Counted from the stretch's first letter, positions 1-11,214 are shown. The stretch is 64,000 nt of DNA from a virus (IMGVR_UViG_3300021387_001157:1-64000); one strand, 5' to 3'. Notes: generated by a model from the letters alone, not told the origin. Translations and numbers: made by a program.

Positions 1-524
1 AGCCACAAATCCTTACCACTGAGTATTTGAGCAATTTCTTTTTTGGAAAGAAATTCACCATATATGTCATTAACAATTTTTTCAAACCATTGCTTGTGGA
101 ATTCAGACGATGATTGGATTTCTTGATATTTACCTATGACACCTCCACTATAAGCATGTATCATTATTGTAGACCAAGGACAAAATTCAATCTCGTCGGC
201 AGCCATCATAACAACGGTTGCCGCTGATATACATGCACCCTCAACAAAAATCACGACACGTCCCTTACTTCTTACAAGGGAGTGATACATCTGTAAAGCA
301 GCATCCAAATCACCACCATAATTATTTATATGTATGTGAATCTCGTCATATTGGGATGTTGCATTCACGGCACGGAGGAAATCATAATAATCGGATTTGT
401 TTTCTATCGTGTCAGATAAAAAATAATCTACAATCATATATGATTGACCATTCTCATTTACATCTATAATTTTTAGAGCGTTGTCTATTATAGGAACCGG
501 TGATATATTTTTATCGTTACACAT
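1..524 (-). CDS. clpP: ClpP-family protease (partial, runs off window start)
   Basis: Manual translation from ATG 524: ...IHINNYGGDLDAALQMY...FVEGACISAATVVMMAAD...STIMIHAYSGG; ClpP catalytic Ser (SAA) and His (MIH) motifs. Absent from ORF track because truncated. Confidence 0.85.
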   Translation of the reverse strand, partial: MCNDKNISPVPIIDNALKIIDVNENGQSYMIVDYFLSDTIENKSDYYDFLRAVNATSQYDEIHIHINNYGGDLDAALQMYHSLVRSKGRVVIFVEGACISAATVVMMAADEIEFCPWSTIMIHAYSGGVIGKYQEIQSSSEFHKQWFEKIVNDIYGEFLSKKEIAQILSGKDLW

Positions 525-559
525 ATCTCAAATATTTGTTTTATTACATAAAATATAAC

Positions 560-588
560 AAAAAAGTGAAGGATTTCCTTCACTTTTT
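560..588. terminator. Intrinsic terminator
   Basis: AAAAAGTGAAGG-ATTT-CCTTCACTTTTT. Confidence 0.75.
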
Positions 589-591
589 GTT

Positions 592-3500
592 TTACTTTTT
601 CAAGATTTTTGCCGGAGTTGATTTAGTCGATTTAGTTATTGTTTTAGTTGTAACCGATTTACTCTGATTTACAAGACTTCCCAATTGTGTTGCAACATTT
701 TTTGCAGCATTTGTCAAACTCTGTGTACTTGTATTCAAAGTATTTGTCACATCAATAATAGAACTATTTCCATAAGTTGAATAGACTATGATGTCATATT
801 GTTTTGGTTCTTCAGAACTAACATCAGTCCAAATATCGATACCAATGATGTTGGCAAATTTAGTATTCTTAACACGGTCATCTGTTGGTTTAAGACCTTG
901 AACACCGAAGATATTTCCACTGTAATCGGTCATACGATATTGATAAACAATAGGTACTCTTATAGATTCATTACTGTTTATAACTGCACTTGAATTTGCA
1001 GTGTCACCTTCAACTTGTATTTGTTCGTGATTTATTGGTGATAAGAACAAATATGAATTACAAGTATCTTCACCACTCAAATACTTATCTCCATCTGAAT
1101 ATCCGATTTTATGAGTTGTGATATATGAACCATCATCTTCAGAACCCATACTTCCGTCAATATCTATATTGTTGATTGCACCCCAATCTGATAATCCGAA
1201 AGCGGCCTGTATCTTAGGTATTATTGATTCGGATTTTTTTGAATTTATCACATTCTTACTGTTGGATACTCTCTGTGCAAGTTTTCCAACCATTTTCTGT
1301 TGCTTTGTCAAATCTAAAACCGCTTGCTGTGGTGTTGTCAATGATAATTGATTTGACTCTATCCTCTTGATAATCTTTACCGTTTTGTCATCACCGAACA
1401 ATGTTGAAATAGTTGTTGGCGGTTTTTCCCAAGTTCTAGGAAGTCTGTATAAAACAGGATATATATTTGAAATATTGGATTCAACATCTTCAAAATTCAC
1501 TCCATCTGTGCCGGTTAAAGTACAATATGTATCAAATTCAGATTCAGTATATGATTCAGTACCGTAGAAAATCTTCTTTGCTGAATTTTCCATTCTTATA
1601 TCATTGTCCGTAGAATTTCCACCAATATAAATTTCAGAGTCTTTGAATGGTGCATCTTCTTTATATGCTGCATATTTTTTAGGAATTATATTGTTGATTG
1701 AACTAACGAATGTCTCTGATGTATTTGCATACATATCGAATGTGTCAGATACGTCACGGAATCTAGAATACACGAACTGACCTTTGCATTGTGCTGATTG
1801 ATAACGGTCAGGGCAAACCTTGGTATAGTCAATCAAATCGTTTGCTCCAGTCAAGTTAATCGGTACCAAATCATATCGACCCTTTGTCTTATAGTAGTTC
1901 GAACTTGTTGTTGATGTGTTCAAAACATTGTCGTACAAATCATAGTAGTTCGATTGTCCGTCAAATACACCAGAACTGTTTATAGCACTTTTCTTTGAAA
2001 CCGTTGAAGGGACCATAGAATTTCTATTTCCACCCAATTTGCTCAAAAGATATAGACCGGATTGAACATCTGTTGTGATATCCAAATAGAAAGTCTTGGT
2101 TATGATTGTACCATTTAAATGAGTTTTTTTTCCAGTGATGGATTTTTTTACACCTATAAGATTTACTTCTGCCGAATAGTTACCGGCATTAATATAAGTT
2201 ACACCTTTTTCAGTGAGCGTGTATTGTTTAGTATTGGTAGAATCACTTGTACAGAGTGTCACGACAAGATTACCAGCAGTATGGTTTATTTGTTCCATAA
2301 TCTGCACAATCTGACTCTGTAAATCTTGTAATTTGTCAAATAATGTGATAGGTTTCTGTTCATCAGTCAAGAAACCTGAAGTTATTGCTTGTGCATCGTG
2401 GGCAAAATATTTTTCATTGGCATAGAAACTTGAAGCGACATGTGAGTTCAACAACTTGAATGATGAATTTGCATTTTGGGCGGCTGCATCGGCATTATTT
2501 TGTTTAATCAACTCTGTGATGTCATCCGATTCAAGTTCGGCAAAGTCAGAAAAGGCGACGATTATAGAATTACTCCAATCAGATTCGAGTGGATTTGCAG
2601 GGAAACCAGCTTCACATACAGATTTAATTTGAATTTCAACTTGTTCTCCCTTTTGAATAGGAATATCTAACTGATTAATATTTACTACATCGGGATTAGT
2701 TGTATCTATTCTTTCCCAAGTCCATGTTCCATTAACTTTGACACGTGGTCTCAACTTTGTTTCTGTCTCAATCCAATTTGAGAAACGACCTTTGAGTGTG
2801 ACACCATTAGATTCATAATCAAACTCTTCCTCTTTATTTGCAACACCACTCTTGTTCAAGTATCTGTATCTTATCTTGAACTTGATGATTCTCTGTACAC
2901 CGGATGATGGTGAAATCTTTTCCTCAGGAATGTCCCAAAAACCACGTATTCTATACTTTGGTGTGGCGTTTTCACCATCGGTGTATTTTGATTTTATGGT
3001 GTTTATGATTGATGAGTAGTTACTATTCAACTGCTCTTGTTCCTCAATAAGTCCGACAAGTTTATCTTGGGCATTTTTCTTTTCTGTGGCATCAACAAAG
3101 TTTGTTGTCTGTATAAGAGTCTTCTGTTTTTCAATCTCTTTATAGTTGTTGTCGATTGAAGAAACAATACTTGCCTTTGATGCAACAAGTTCTCTGAAAG
3201 CAGATGCATCGGTACCTTCTGTCAGTTGTGAGTTTATCTGAACAATTTTGAAGTCACCCTCACCATTTGAATAGTTTAGATTAGGTGCATTAGGTTTGAT
3301 ACCTTCACGGATTGTTGGATAATAATCATCACCGTAAGAAAGAAGAATCTGTCCAAAATCAACGACATTCTTTTGATAGAAAGACTGAAGAGTCTTGGTG
3401 TTTCCGTTGTTATCAATGTATGTTAATTCATTGGAATAAAAACCAACACCTCTTGACCATGAAGCAGCCGGCATGTTTGAATCGGGGTCTATTGGTTTTA

Positions 3501-4488
3501 CAAAGATAACTTGTCTTTCGTCAAAACCAATAGGAATGTCTGCTTTTATTTCACTATCTTGTGATGCACTAATTCTCAAAGTGTTGCTACCAATTCTAAC
3601 AGGTTCCATACCCTCAATACACTTCAATCCAATCTTATTTGCAGACACATCAACATAAGTAACTTTATATCTTGTAGTTACTGGATTTGAATTGACTTCA
3701 ACAACATCTCCTACAGATAATATTCTCGTATTCTCGATGTCAGCTCTGTTGTCTGTATATTGAAGACTTAGAAGTGTATATCTCATCGACTTTCCGGTAT
3801 TCGATGGATTATTTTCAAAATCACCCTTTACGACAGAGAAATTACCACTGTATCTTTTTGAACGTGGAGGGAGATTTTTTATCTCATCGTCAAGTGTATA
3901 TCTGATATTATTGTCAACGAGTGCATACAAGAAATCCTTATACTTGATGTCATTTTTTCCATTGAAAAGGTCGTTGAAGACTTTAACTTTTGTAATGGTA
4001 TCACATTCAAGTATATATCTTTGAATCATAACTCTTTCAGTGTCATCTGGTATTTGGTTTGTGAAATCCCAACTGACATATAACATTGGATTCAACATAT
4101 CCTCGAAGAACCAGTTTGACTTGAACTCAAAATTTGTGATATTGTTGACTTTTGTTATTGATGGTGCTTCACTTGGAACCTTACTTGTTATGATTTTACG
4201 GTATGAACCGTCAGACAAACGAAGTGTACTTCCGGTTGTACCACTTACATTCGACATTGTTGACAATGTGGCTTCGAGACGGTCGATTGAGTTTTTCAAA
4301 TAACCGAAAGATGGAATCTGATATGTTATGTTTTCATCTGGATTTTCCGGATTTGTGACGGTCAATGTCACACTATCTTCATTCGATGTCACTGCATCGT
4401 TTATCTTATCCAGAATTTCCATACTGTTGTTAGTCAAAACCACAGCTTGGTCAAGAAATGTACTGAATGAATTTTTTACTTTTGACAT
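592..4488 (-). CDS. Large hypothetical protein, probable virion structural protein
   Basis: 1298-aa ORF, beta-rich segments plus coiled coil; CATAAATA late-type motif at 4510-4517. Confidence 0.55.
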   Translation of the reverse strand: MSKVKNSFSTFLDQAVVLTNNSMEILDKINDAVTSNEDSVTLTVTNPENPDENITYQIPSFGYLKNSIDRLEATLSTMSNVSGTTGSTLRLSDGSYRKIITSKVPSEAPSITKVNNITNFEFKSNWFFEDMLNPMLYVSWDFTNQIPDDTERVMIQRYILECDTITKVKVFNDLFNGKNDIKYKDFLYALVDNNIRYTLDDEIKNLPPRSKRYSGNFSVVKGDFENNPSNTGKSMRYTLLSLQYTDNRADIENTRILSVGDVVEVNSNPVTTRYKVTYVDVSANKIGLKCIEGMEPVRIGSNTLRISASQDSEIKADIPIGFDERQVIFVKPIDPDSNMPAASWSRGVGFYSNELTYIDNNGNTKTLQSFYQKNVVDFGQILLSYGDDYYPTIREGIKPNAPNLNYSNGEGDFKIVQINSQLTEGTDASAFRELVASKASIVSSIDNNYKEIEKQKTLIQTTNFVDATEKKNAQDKLVGLIEEQEQLNSNYSSIINTIKSKYTDGENATPKYRIRGFWDIPEEKISPSSGVQRIIKFKIRYRYLNKSGVANKEEEFDYESNGVTLKGRFSNWIETETKLRPRVKVNGTWTWERIDTTNPDVVNINQLDIPIQKGEQVEIQIKSVCEAGFPANPLESDWSNSIIVAFSDFAELESDDITELIKQNNADAAAQNANSSFKLLNSHVASSFYANEKYFAHDAQAITSGFLTDEQKPITLFDKLQDLQSQIVQIMEQINHTAGNLVVTLCTSDSTNTKQYTLTEKGVTYINAGNYSAEVNLIGVKKSITGKKTHLNGTIITKTFYLDITTDVQSGLYLLSKLGGNRNSMVPSTVSKKSAINSSGVFDGQSNYYDLYDNVLNTSTTSSNYYKTKGRYDLVPINLTGANDLIDYTKVCPDRYQSAQCKGQFVYSRFRDVSDTFDMYANTSETFVSSINNIIPKKYAAYKEDAPFKDSEIYIGGNSTDNDIRMENSAKKIFYGTESYTESEFDTYCTLTGTDGVNFEDVESNISNIYPVLYRLPRTWEKPPTTISTLFGDDKTVKIIKRIESNQLSLTTPQQAVLDLTKQQKMVGKLAQRVSNSKNVINSKKSESIIPKIQAAFGLSDWGAINNIDIDGSMGSEDDGSYITTHKIGYSDGDKYLSGEDTCNSYLFLSPINHEQIQVEGDTANSSAVINSNESIRVPIVYQYRMTDYSGNIFGVQGLKPTDDRVKNTKFANIIGIDIWTDVSSEEPKQYDIIVYSTYGNSSIIDVTNTLNTSTQSLTNAAKNVATQLGSLVNQSKSVTTKTITKSTKSTPAKILKK

Positions 4489-4523
4489 AATATTTTATAT
4501 ATTTAAAGTTATTTATGTGTTTA

Positions 4524-5249
4524 TTACATTGGATTTTGTGATTCAAAATCTCTTAGTTTGTCTAATATTTTAGGTATAATTGGATTACGTACACAATCTT
4601 CCGGCCCAAACTCTACAACACCGACGTAATCTTCTCCATTGAAAATCTTTGTGATATATTGTAGTGCAGACTGTTTTTTCTTTTTATCAGTTTTAAAGTC
4701 AACTTGTTCACAGTCACCTAGGAAAATCATCTTCGAGTTCTCTCCGATTCTTGTCACAACGGACTTGAAGATATTCATTGTTATGTTTTGTGCTTCATCC
4801 AAGATAATTACAGCATCATCAATGGAAAGACCACGAATATAAGCAAGAGGAAGCACCTCTATCAATTTTTCCTCGAATAGTTTTTCAGCAACTCCATCTG
4901 GAAGCATCTTATTGAGATTTCCAATGTATGACATGATGAATGGTTCCATTTTTTGTTCCACATTTCCTTTTAAGAAACCAATCTCTTCTTCTGGAATAGA
5001 AGTGACAGACTTACATAGTATTACTTTTTTATATCCTTCTTTGAGGAGTCTTAAAGCAGTATTAAGTGTGACAAAAGTTTTGCCAGTACCCGCTGAACCG
5101 GAACATATAGTAACCTCTTTTTTCCTTATACTTTTTACTAGTTCTTTTTGTTTTTCGGTTTTACATTTCAAATCCTTGATTGTAAATAAATCCCTAGTGT
5201 CCTTTTGTTTAGTTTCGAGATTTTCTGATTTCTTTATTCTAGAAGCCAT
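4524..5249 (-). CDS. phoH: PhoH-family ATPase
   Basis: GSAGTGKT, IGFLKG, LAYIRG, ILDEAQN, TRIGENSK, GDxxQVD, VRNPI motifs. Confidence 0.95.
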   Translation of the reverse strand: MASRIKKSENLETKQKDTRDLFTIKDLKCKTEKQKELVKSIRKKEVTICSGSAGTGKTFVTLNTALRLLKEGYKKVILCKSVTSIPEEEIGFLKGNVEQKMEPFIMSYIGNLNKMLPDGVAEKLFEEKLIEVLPLAYIRGLSIDDAVIILDEAQNITMNIFKSVVTRIGENSKMIFLGDCEQVDFKTDKKKKQSALQYITKIFNGEDYVGVVEFGPEDCVRNPIIPKILDKLRDFESQNPM

Positions 5250-5350
5250 AATTTTAAGTTTTTTATATTTTACTCACTTGTTTTGTTCTTTCGCTTCTAC
5301 ATTATTTATGAACTAGAACAACATAAATAATATATAATTAGTTTAATTCT

Positions 5351-7276
5351 ATGAACAATATTTTAGATTTTTTTGAGTATAAGATGCAAGCAAGATTGTA
5401 TGAGGAAAGTCTTGTGACATCACAAATACTCGAACCGTTGGATGAAAGTATAAGAGGTAAAATTCGTAAAAAGATAAATCAAAAAGCAGAGGTATTCGTA
5501 AGGGAGGCACTTAGGGATGAGATTGAAATGGGTGCCAAATTAAACGAAGTAATACAGAATTCAGTAGATGAACTAAAAGAACGTATCGACGAGATACAAA
5601 AGTTTGTTGATAAAACAAGTCCAAAAAAGACAAAAATTTTCAAAGAACTTGAAAAAATTTTTGAAGAGATTCGTAATTCTTCATTTGAACTCCTTGAGAT
5701 ATTGAGTGGTGTGAAGATAAACTTTGCAGACTATGCCCAAAATGCAACGATGGCAACGTTTGTTAATTTCGGTGTTCTTTTTATTCCTACGAGAAGTATC
5801 TTTTTGCTGAAGAAATCATATAAGTATTTTATCGGTATTATCAAAAACACTATTCGTAGAGACTTGTTGATGCTTATGCTTAACTTTGACCAATTTGAAA
5901 ACACGGTTCTTATTCAATCGTTGGAAGATGATGAGCAGAATAAAATTGATAATGAGGTCAAGACAAGACTTGATGCTTACGATGAGTTTTCACGTCGTTT
6001 GATTGGTGGCGAAGGTGGAAAAAAGAGAGGTTTGAGTAAAGCCGAACTTGAAAAGATTACAAAGGTTGCAAGGTCTTTAAAGGATGGTATATCAATACAA
6101 ATGAAACTAAACGATAGAAGAAGTGGTGTAATCGGTTTTGACACAAGATATGACAACACATATACAAAGACTCTAGACCAATTGAAATCATTTGTACTAG
6201 AAGATGATTCCAAGTATCTAGAATCAATCAAGGCTGGAATGAGGACACAAGCACTTGATGAGGTTGATACTAAGAGTTATGTCGAACTTCTTATATCGGC
6301 AGCAGAAGAATGTGCTTATGAGGTATCAAATGCAATTCACACAAACTTCATCGACAAAGTTTCCGTGTTCAAGCTAGCCAACCAGAAACAACTTATAGAA
6401 TTGGTGAAAAAAGATAAAGAAATGTTTGATAAAGAAAGGATTGAGGAGGATAAAAAACGTGAAGAAGAATTAAGAAAACACGAAGATGAAGAATTAGAAA
6501 AAATGATAAATGAAGAGGGTCCAAAAATCTTCAAAAAAGTTGTAACAGACAATTCCGGAAATCCAGACAAACAAGTTGAAGAATTTAAAAATCTTGATGA
6601 TATTGAAATCGATGACAAAAAATATGATAAAAAAAGTATTTTGTCAAGCTGGTTATCTTTATATGACAAAGATTCACATAGTTTTAAAAATTGGGAAGAT
6701 AATAAAGATGAAATTACAGATTTGTTAAAACTTTATTTCAACGAAACACCAATAAATGAAGATAGTTTCACAAAATATTCAAACATTCTTGTAGATTGTC
6801 TTCTTCCGTGTGCATGTGAAAACATTAGAGTTAAAAAGAGAATCAAAGATGAAGAGTTGGATGATGATTATAGTGAAATTGATTCAGATGAAGATACAGA
6901 AGATATTGAAAAATTAACATTGAAAAACGCCTTTTCAATTCTTGCTCTCCGTAAAGCAGATTCCAGAGAAAAAAGACTATTGGAATCAATATATGAAGAT
7001 ACGAGTATAAGTGAGAAAAGAGAGACAATGGAAGTTGACAAGAAAAAGAAAAAATTGTGGGAAACATCTTTAAAACTTATTTCTGATAATCTTGTAAAAC
7101 TTGAATCAGATGTTATTCTCGAAGTAATAGAAGGAATGTATAATGAAGACGACATGACATATAAGATGTCAAGTAGGATTATGAAAGATATCGTATCTCA
7201 GTTAGAAAAATTGAAAGAAATAAAAAACAACGATTACGATACATCAATAACTGAAAATAAAGAAGATAAAAAATAA
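5351..7276 (+). CDS. Hypothetical charged coiled-coil protein, late-expressed
   Basis: 641-aa ORF; CATAAATA at 5322-5329; terminator downstream. Confidence 0.6.
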   Translation: MNNILDFFEYKMQARLYEESLVTSQILEPLDESIRGKIRKKINQKAEVFVREALRDEIEMGAKLNEVIQNSVDELKERIDEIQKFVDKTSPKKTKIFKELEKIFEEIRNSSFELLEILSGVKINFADYAQNATMATFVNFGVLFIPTRSIFLLKKSYKYFIGIIKNTIRRDLLMLMLNFDQFENTVLIQSLEDDEQNKIDNEVKTRLDAYDEFSRRLIGGEGGKKRGLSKAELEKITKVARSLKDGISIQMKLNDRRSGVIGFDTRYDNTYTKTLDQLKSFVLEDDSKYLESIKAGMRTQALDEVDTKSYVELLISAAEECAYEVSNAIHTNFIDKVSVFKLANQKQLIELVKKDKEMFDKERIEEDKKREEELRKHEDEELEKMINEEGPKIFKKVVTDNSGNPDKQVEEFKNLDDIEIDDKKYDKKSILSSWLSLYDKDSHSFKNWEDNKDEITDLLKLYFNETPINEDSFTKYSNILVDCLLPCACENIRVKKRIKDEELDDDYSEIDSDEDTEDIEKLTLKNAFSILALRKADSREKRLLESIYEDTSISEKRETMEVDKKKKKLWETSLKLISDNLVKLESDVILEVIEGMYNEDDMTYKMSSRIMKDIVSQLEKLKEIKNNDYDTSITENKEDKK

Positions 7277-7308
7277 AAAAAGGTGAGTGGTTATTCACTC
7301 ACCTTTTT
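7277..7308 (+). terminator. Intrinsic terminator
   Basis: AAAAAGGTGAGTG-GTTATT-CACTCACCTTTTT. Confidence 0.8.
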
Positions 7309-7321
7309 CAATAAATATAAT

Positions 7322-7717
7322 ATGGTTACTATTTTTGACATATTGTCCGGAAACGGATTCCAAAATGGTGTGGGGACTATTATCATAAGTGGAAATTTAA
7401 ATAACGACGACGGGTCTTCAGATGTTACACCGGTCGAAGAAAACTATGAAAACGTTTTCCTCACTATCGACAACTCACACAGCAGTTGTACAGACGAAGA
7501 TTTATATTACATCAACATATCAAACATATCAAATATAGATTGTTATAAAGATATAGATACTTTCTATAAAATGGATGTAACTTTCTCTGATGGTAGAACT
7601 ATTGAATTTGAATACATTGATGAGAACAAAATGAATATAGACTACACCAAACTTTTACGTTGGTTAAAAGGAGATGCTTTTGAGTCAAGTTATTCAGAAG
7701 ATAGTGATTCTGAATAA
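7322..7717 (+). CDS. Hypothetical acidic protein
   Basis: ORF-track GTG start (7283) lies inside a terminator hairpin; ATG 7322 is the likelier start. Confidence 0.55.
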   Translation: MVTIFDILSGNGFQNGVGTIIISGNLNNDDGSSDVTPVEENYENVFLTIDNSHSSCTDEDLYYINISNISNIDCYKDIDTFYKMDVTFSDGRTIEFEYIDENKMNIDYTKLLRWLKGDAFESSYSEDSDSE

Positions 7718-7915
7718 CTATCTTATATTCAAATTATTTCTTAATTTTTCAATCATCATATTGTATTCTGTTTTTTCGGTATACTCAAATACCAATGGGT
7801 CTTCTTGTGATTTGAAATATATTTCTATCACATAGAGACCCATCACTTTATATATTGTGTTGAAATAAAGTATATCTTCAACTCTATAAATTGAATTGTC
7901 AATAGTTATTGTCAT
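7718..7915 (-). CDS. Hypothetical protein
   Basis: 65-aa ORF directly downstream of 7918-8652. Confidence 0.55.
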   Translation of the reverse strand: MTITIDNSIYRVEDILYFNTIYKVMGLYVIEIYFKSQEDPLVFEYTEKTEYNMMIEKLRNNLNIR

Positions 7916-7917
7916 GA

Positions 7918-8652
7918 TTAAATATCGAATATTTTTTTAAGAGTTTCTACAAATTTTCTGTTTCTCATACTACTATTATAAAAACCAACCCATCTACATC
8001 CTCCCCAGTTAGTTTCACCGAATGTGCAGTGATACTCATCGAAATTCGGAACACCCTTTTCACCGACGAAGTTATAATACAAGTCATATATGGTGATTCC
8101 GTCTTCAGTCTGATATGGGAATTTGTTGCACATTTCCATAAACTTATATTTGTTCATAGGACTTGGTATATGTGGATTGAAAAATTTGCACCCAAATCCG
8201 CCGTTTGGAAACCTTTCAAAACATTTCTGCAATCTTCTCCACCATATTCTTTTTTTCGCCATAGAATCAAAATAAGGCTTGCTCTCGGAGTTATAAATCT
8301 TCATATATCTAGGTTTGGTGTCCGACCACTCTGTGTCCTTTGTGATAAACTGGTCGTCACTCCACATGATAAAGTCATCTGTGAGGTCTGGAACCTTTTC
8401 TATAACAGTTCTAACCTTATGAATGATATTAGCATCCTTATCGTGTTTATAAATATCATCTGCAAACACCCATACAATATCATCACCCAAAGATGGTATC
8501 TTTTCAATTTGTGTAGATATAATAATCCTGTTCAAACATTTGAAATACTTTCTTATGCTTGCAACAGCGACTTTTATCTCAAAATTTTTATTCTCAAAAC
8601 TCTTAACACCCAATGGTATGACAACATCGTGTTTTTCTTTCATTTCGGTCAT
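7918..8652 (-). CDS. Stealth-like / glycosyltransferase-like sugar-phosphotransferase
   Basis: N-terminal DVVIP..EIKVAVASIRKY and DDFIMWSDDQF resemble Stealth CR2 (ELRYSLRS...FxxxNDDxF). Confidence 0.55.
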   Translation of the reverse strand: MTEMKEKHDVVIPLGVKSFENKNFEIKVAVASIRKYFKCLNRIIISTQIEKIPSLGDDIVWVFADDIYKHDKDANIIHKVRTVIEKVPDLTDDFIMWSDDQFITKDTEWSDTKPRYMKIYNSESKPYFDSMAKKRIWWRRLQKCFERFPNGGFGCKFFNPHIPSPMNKYKFMEMCNKFPYQTEDGITIYDLYYNFVGEKGVPNFDEYHCTFGETNWGGCRWVGFYNSSMRNRKFVETLKKIFDI

Positions 8653-8680
8653 AAATAATATATAAAATATTTATGTACAA

Positions 8681-9640
8681 ATGAAAACACTTTCGGGAAG
8701 TTTATATGACTATCTTTTGTTTTATGAGTGTGCAGTAAAAGATTGGCTTCCTGGTAAACATGCACAGAAACTTCAAATTGCACAGCAAGCACCAGGAACA
8801 CTTATGAACCACATCAATTGGAATGTAAAAGGAACAACGGTGAAAGGTGATTCTGGTGGAAACACAAAGTGTGGGATAACCCATAAAACATGGGCGGCGT
8901 GGTATAAAAACAATGCCGCCAAATATGGTTTGTCAAGTGGTTCAAATGTGAATAAAATGGATAAGAAAGGATGGTTATCATATATAGACTCGAATTGGAT
9001 TAAATGTGCAAATGAAGCATGTTCAATAGTTCTGTTCCAAGCAAAATGGGGTGGATGGAGTAAAGCAAACAGTTGTTTGTCACTTTTAAAACAGAAAGCG
9101 GATATTACAAATTATAACTATAAGACATACGGAAGTGTTTATGAACAAATTGCAGATGCAACACACGCTTTCAAAAATCCAATGGATGCCTTTCAAATAA
9201 TACGAAACTCACATCAACAATATCTATATGACCTTTCTGCACCTGGTATGAAAAATAGAAAATTCAGAATAGGATGGATGAGAAGGGAAGTTGCTACATT
9301 TCAAGACGACGGGTTGTATGTTGAGACAGGAAATTTAGCAAATTATGTAAATGAGAACACATCACTACACGACTGGAGGGCGATGTGTAAAAAACAAAAG
9401 GGAAAAATTCCAGGTTATGTGAAACTATGCAGTTGGGATAATATGCCTACAAATCCGGAGGCATATGCAGATATAGATTTCTCCCCATATAACTTCGGTT
9501 ATGGAAACTATATAGAAGACCATGGTGGAAGTTATTCACCTACTTTTTCATCATCAAGAAAAGACCCACATCTCTCGGCTTCAAAAAAGACAGAATTGAA
9601 AAAGGGAGTTTTGCTTGGTTCGAGTTTTAATATCAAATAA
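8681..9640 (+). CDS. GH108-like lysozyme with C-terminal PG-binding-like motif
   Basis: GDSGGNTKCGIT (DxGGxTxxGIT) and KFRIGWMRR motifs. Confidence 0.65.
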   Translation: MKTLSGSLYDYLLFYECAVKDWLPGKHAQKLQIAQQAPGTLMNHINWNVKGTTVKGDSGGNTKCGITHKTWAAWYKNNAAKYGLSSGSNVNKMDKKGWLSYIDSNWIKCANEACSIVLFQAKWGGWSKANSCLSLLKQKADITNYNYKTYGSVYEQIADATHAFKNPMDAFQIIRNSHQQYLYDLSAPGMKNRKFRIGWMRREVATFQDDGLYVETGNLANYVNENTSLHDWRAMCKKQKGKIPGYVKLCSWDNMPTNPEAYADIDFSPYNFGYGNYIEDHGGSYSPTFSSSRKDPHLSASKKTELKKGVLLGSSFNIK

Positions 9641-9652
9641 AATTAGTTATAT

Positions 9653-10579
9653 ATGAGTGACAACGATGCAATAAACGAAATAATTTTTCACATGAAAAAA
9701 AATGGAGGTATTGTATATGAGACACCATACTTCCTTAATTTGTTTGCAATAAGAGATTCAGATAACCCAAACACATTCAACGATAAACTATTTGTCTTCT
9801 GGTATGATGAAAGTGGAAAAGTGAATGTGTTTTCTCCACAAAAGGGTTTCACCACAGACCCTGGTTTCAAATCCCTCACATCACCGGTGAATGGTAACGG
9901 ATGTGCAATTCTTAGAGAGGGTTGGTATCAGAAACTTTGGACTATTGGGAAACATAATGGAAAGTATACGGCATTAGTACAAGGTGGTGGTCCATGTGCA
10001 GTATACCGTGACCGAAACCGTAATAAACTACTGGAAATGGATGATAGGTCTGTAGATACCGGTTGGTTCGGAATAAACATGCACAGAGCAAACGAAATAG
10101 GTACTGCAACAAAGGTTGAGAATTGGTCTGCCGGTTGTCAGGTGTGGGCAAACTCGGGTGAGTTCAGACAGTTTATGAACTTAGTCAACAAAGCAAATAG
10201 TTGTGGTCAATCTGTTTTCTCATATTTTTTGACGAATAAGAAAATGATGGCCGGTATTGACATAAACTATGTGAAGATGAACGCTTCCGGAGATATGGGT
10301 GCTGTCGGAAACGGATTCTATGGAAAAGAACTTGTAATAAATTATGGCGGTTCAACCACACATGAAGTAAACAAAGTTATCAATCTTTCGAAAGCGAGAA
10401 ATCGTCAAAAAGGTTCTGACCCAAATTTAAATGAAAATAGAAAAAAAGATTTTGATGCTTTGGCCAACAGATTAATAGATGAAACACCATCACTTGGAAG
10501 AACTATAACAAAATCACAAGAAATGTATGACACTTCAATTTTGAAGGGAGACCAAGTTTCAAAGCAAAGAATAAAATAA
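9653..10579 (+). CDS. YkuD/L,D-transpeptidase-like peptidoglycan enzyme
   Basis: GINMHRA...NWSAGCQV (H...S-x-G-C catalytic signature); paralogue of 11545-12495. Confidence 0.6.
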   Translation: MSDNDAINEIIFHMKKNGGIVYETPYFLNLFAIRDSDNPNTFNDKLFVFWYDESGKVNVFSPQKGFTTDPGFKSLTSPVNGNGCAILREGWYQKLWTIGKHNGKYTALVQGGGPCAVYRDRNRNKLLEMDDRSVDTGWFGINMHRANEIGTATKVENWSAGCQVWANSGEFRQFMNLVNKANSCGQSVFSYFLTNKKMMAGIDINYVKMNASGDMGAVGNGFYGKELVINYGGSTTHEVNKVINLSKARNRQKGSDPNLNENRKKDFDALANRLIDETPSLGRTITKSQEMYDTSILKGDQVSKQRIK

Positions 10580-10612
10580 AAAAAGGAGAAAGAATAATCT
10601 TTCTCCTTTTTT
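10578..10612. terminator. Bidirectional terminator
   Basis: AAAAGGAGAAAGA..TCTTTCTCCTTTT between convergent genes. Confidence 0.8.
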
Positions 10613-11068
10613 CTATATCAACTGTTTCGAAATAATCTCAATCTTGTTTCGTATTGCAAATCCAAGATTGTCAAGTGTTTTGATTGATTCCTCAAAGAAA
10701 TTTATCTGAACACTTATCATTTTTACTTGTAATTTTAGCTCAGAGCAATCACTTTGTATAAAGAGTTGTTTTTCAGAACCACTAAGTTTAATGTCATAAT
10801 TTGTTGTGTATTCACGAAACCGACTTGCACATTGTTTGTCAAACAACTCCTGTCTCTTCTCGAGAAGAATACGATATTCACACATTTTTTCAACACACAT
10901 CTGTCTGTATGATAGTTGGTATACTTGTGCTTCATTTAGTTTACTCGTATCACTCGCCGAATTTACTAAATTTTTTATATCTTCAAGCCATTGGTTTCTC
11001 TCATCCTTGAATCTCTTTTCGAGTTCAACATTTGTTGTTTTTATCTTCTCGTCATCTATCGGTTTCAT
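10613..11068 (-). CDS. uvsY: UvsY-like recombination mediator
   Basis: Helical 151 aa; C-terminal FFEESIKTLDNLGFAIRNKIE resembles the T4-type UvsY C-terminus. Confidence 0.65.
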   Translation of the reverse strand: MKPIDDEKIKTTNVELEKRFKDERNQWLEDIKNLVNSASDTSKLNEAQVYQLSYRQMCVEKMCEYRILLEKRQELFDKQCASRFREYTTNYDIKLSGSEKQLFIQSDCSELKLQVKMISVQINFFEESIKTLDNLGFAIRNKIEIISKQLI

Positions 11069-11214
11069 AACACGACATCTTTCTTTTTTAATTCTTCAAG
11101 TTCCTCATCAATCGTTTTTCCAGTATCGAATGAAATTGGAATTTTCAATTGTTTTTCTTTTTTTTCAAGATGTTTTTGAAAATCATCAAACTCTTTGTTT
11201 ATTTTTTCTCCCAT
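11065..11214 (-). CDS. Small hypothetical protein (49 aa)
   Basis: Manual translation MGEKINKEFDDFQ...KKKDVVL; ATGA overlap with uvsY-like gene. Confidence 0.55.
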   Translation of the reverse strand: MGEKINKEFDDFQKHLEKKEKQLKIPISFDTGKTIDEELEELKKKDVVL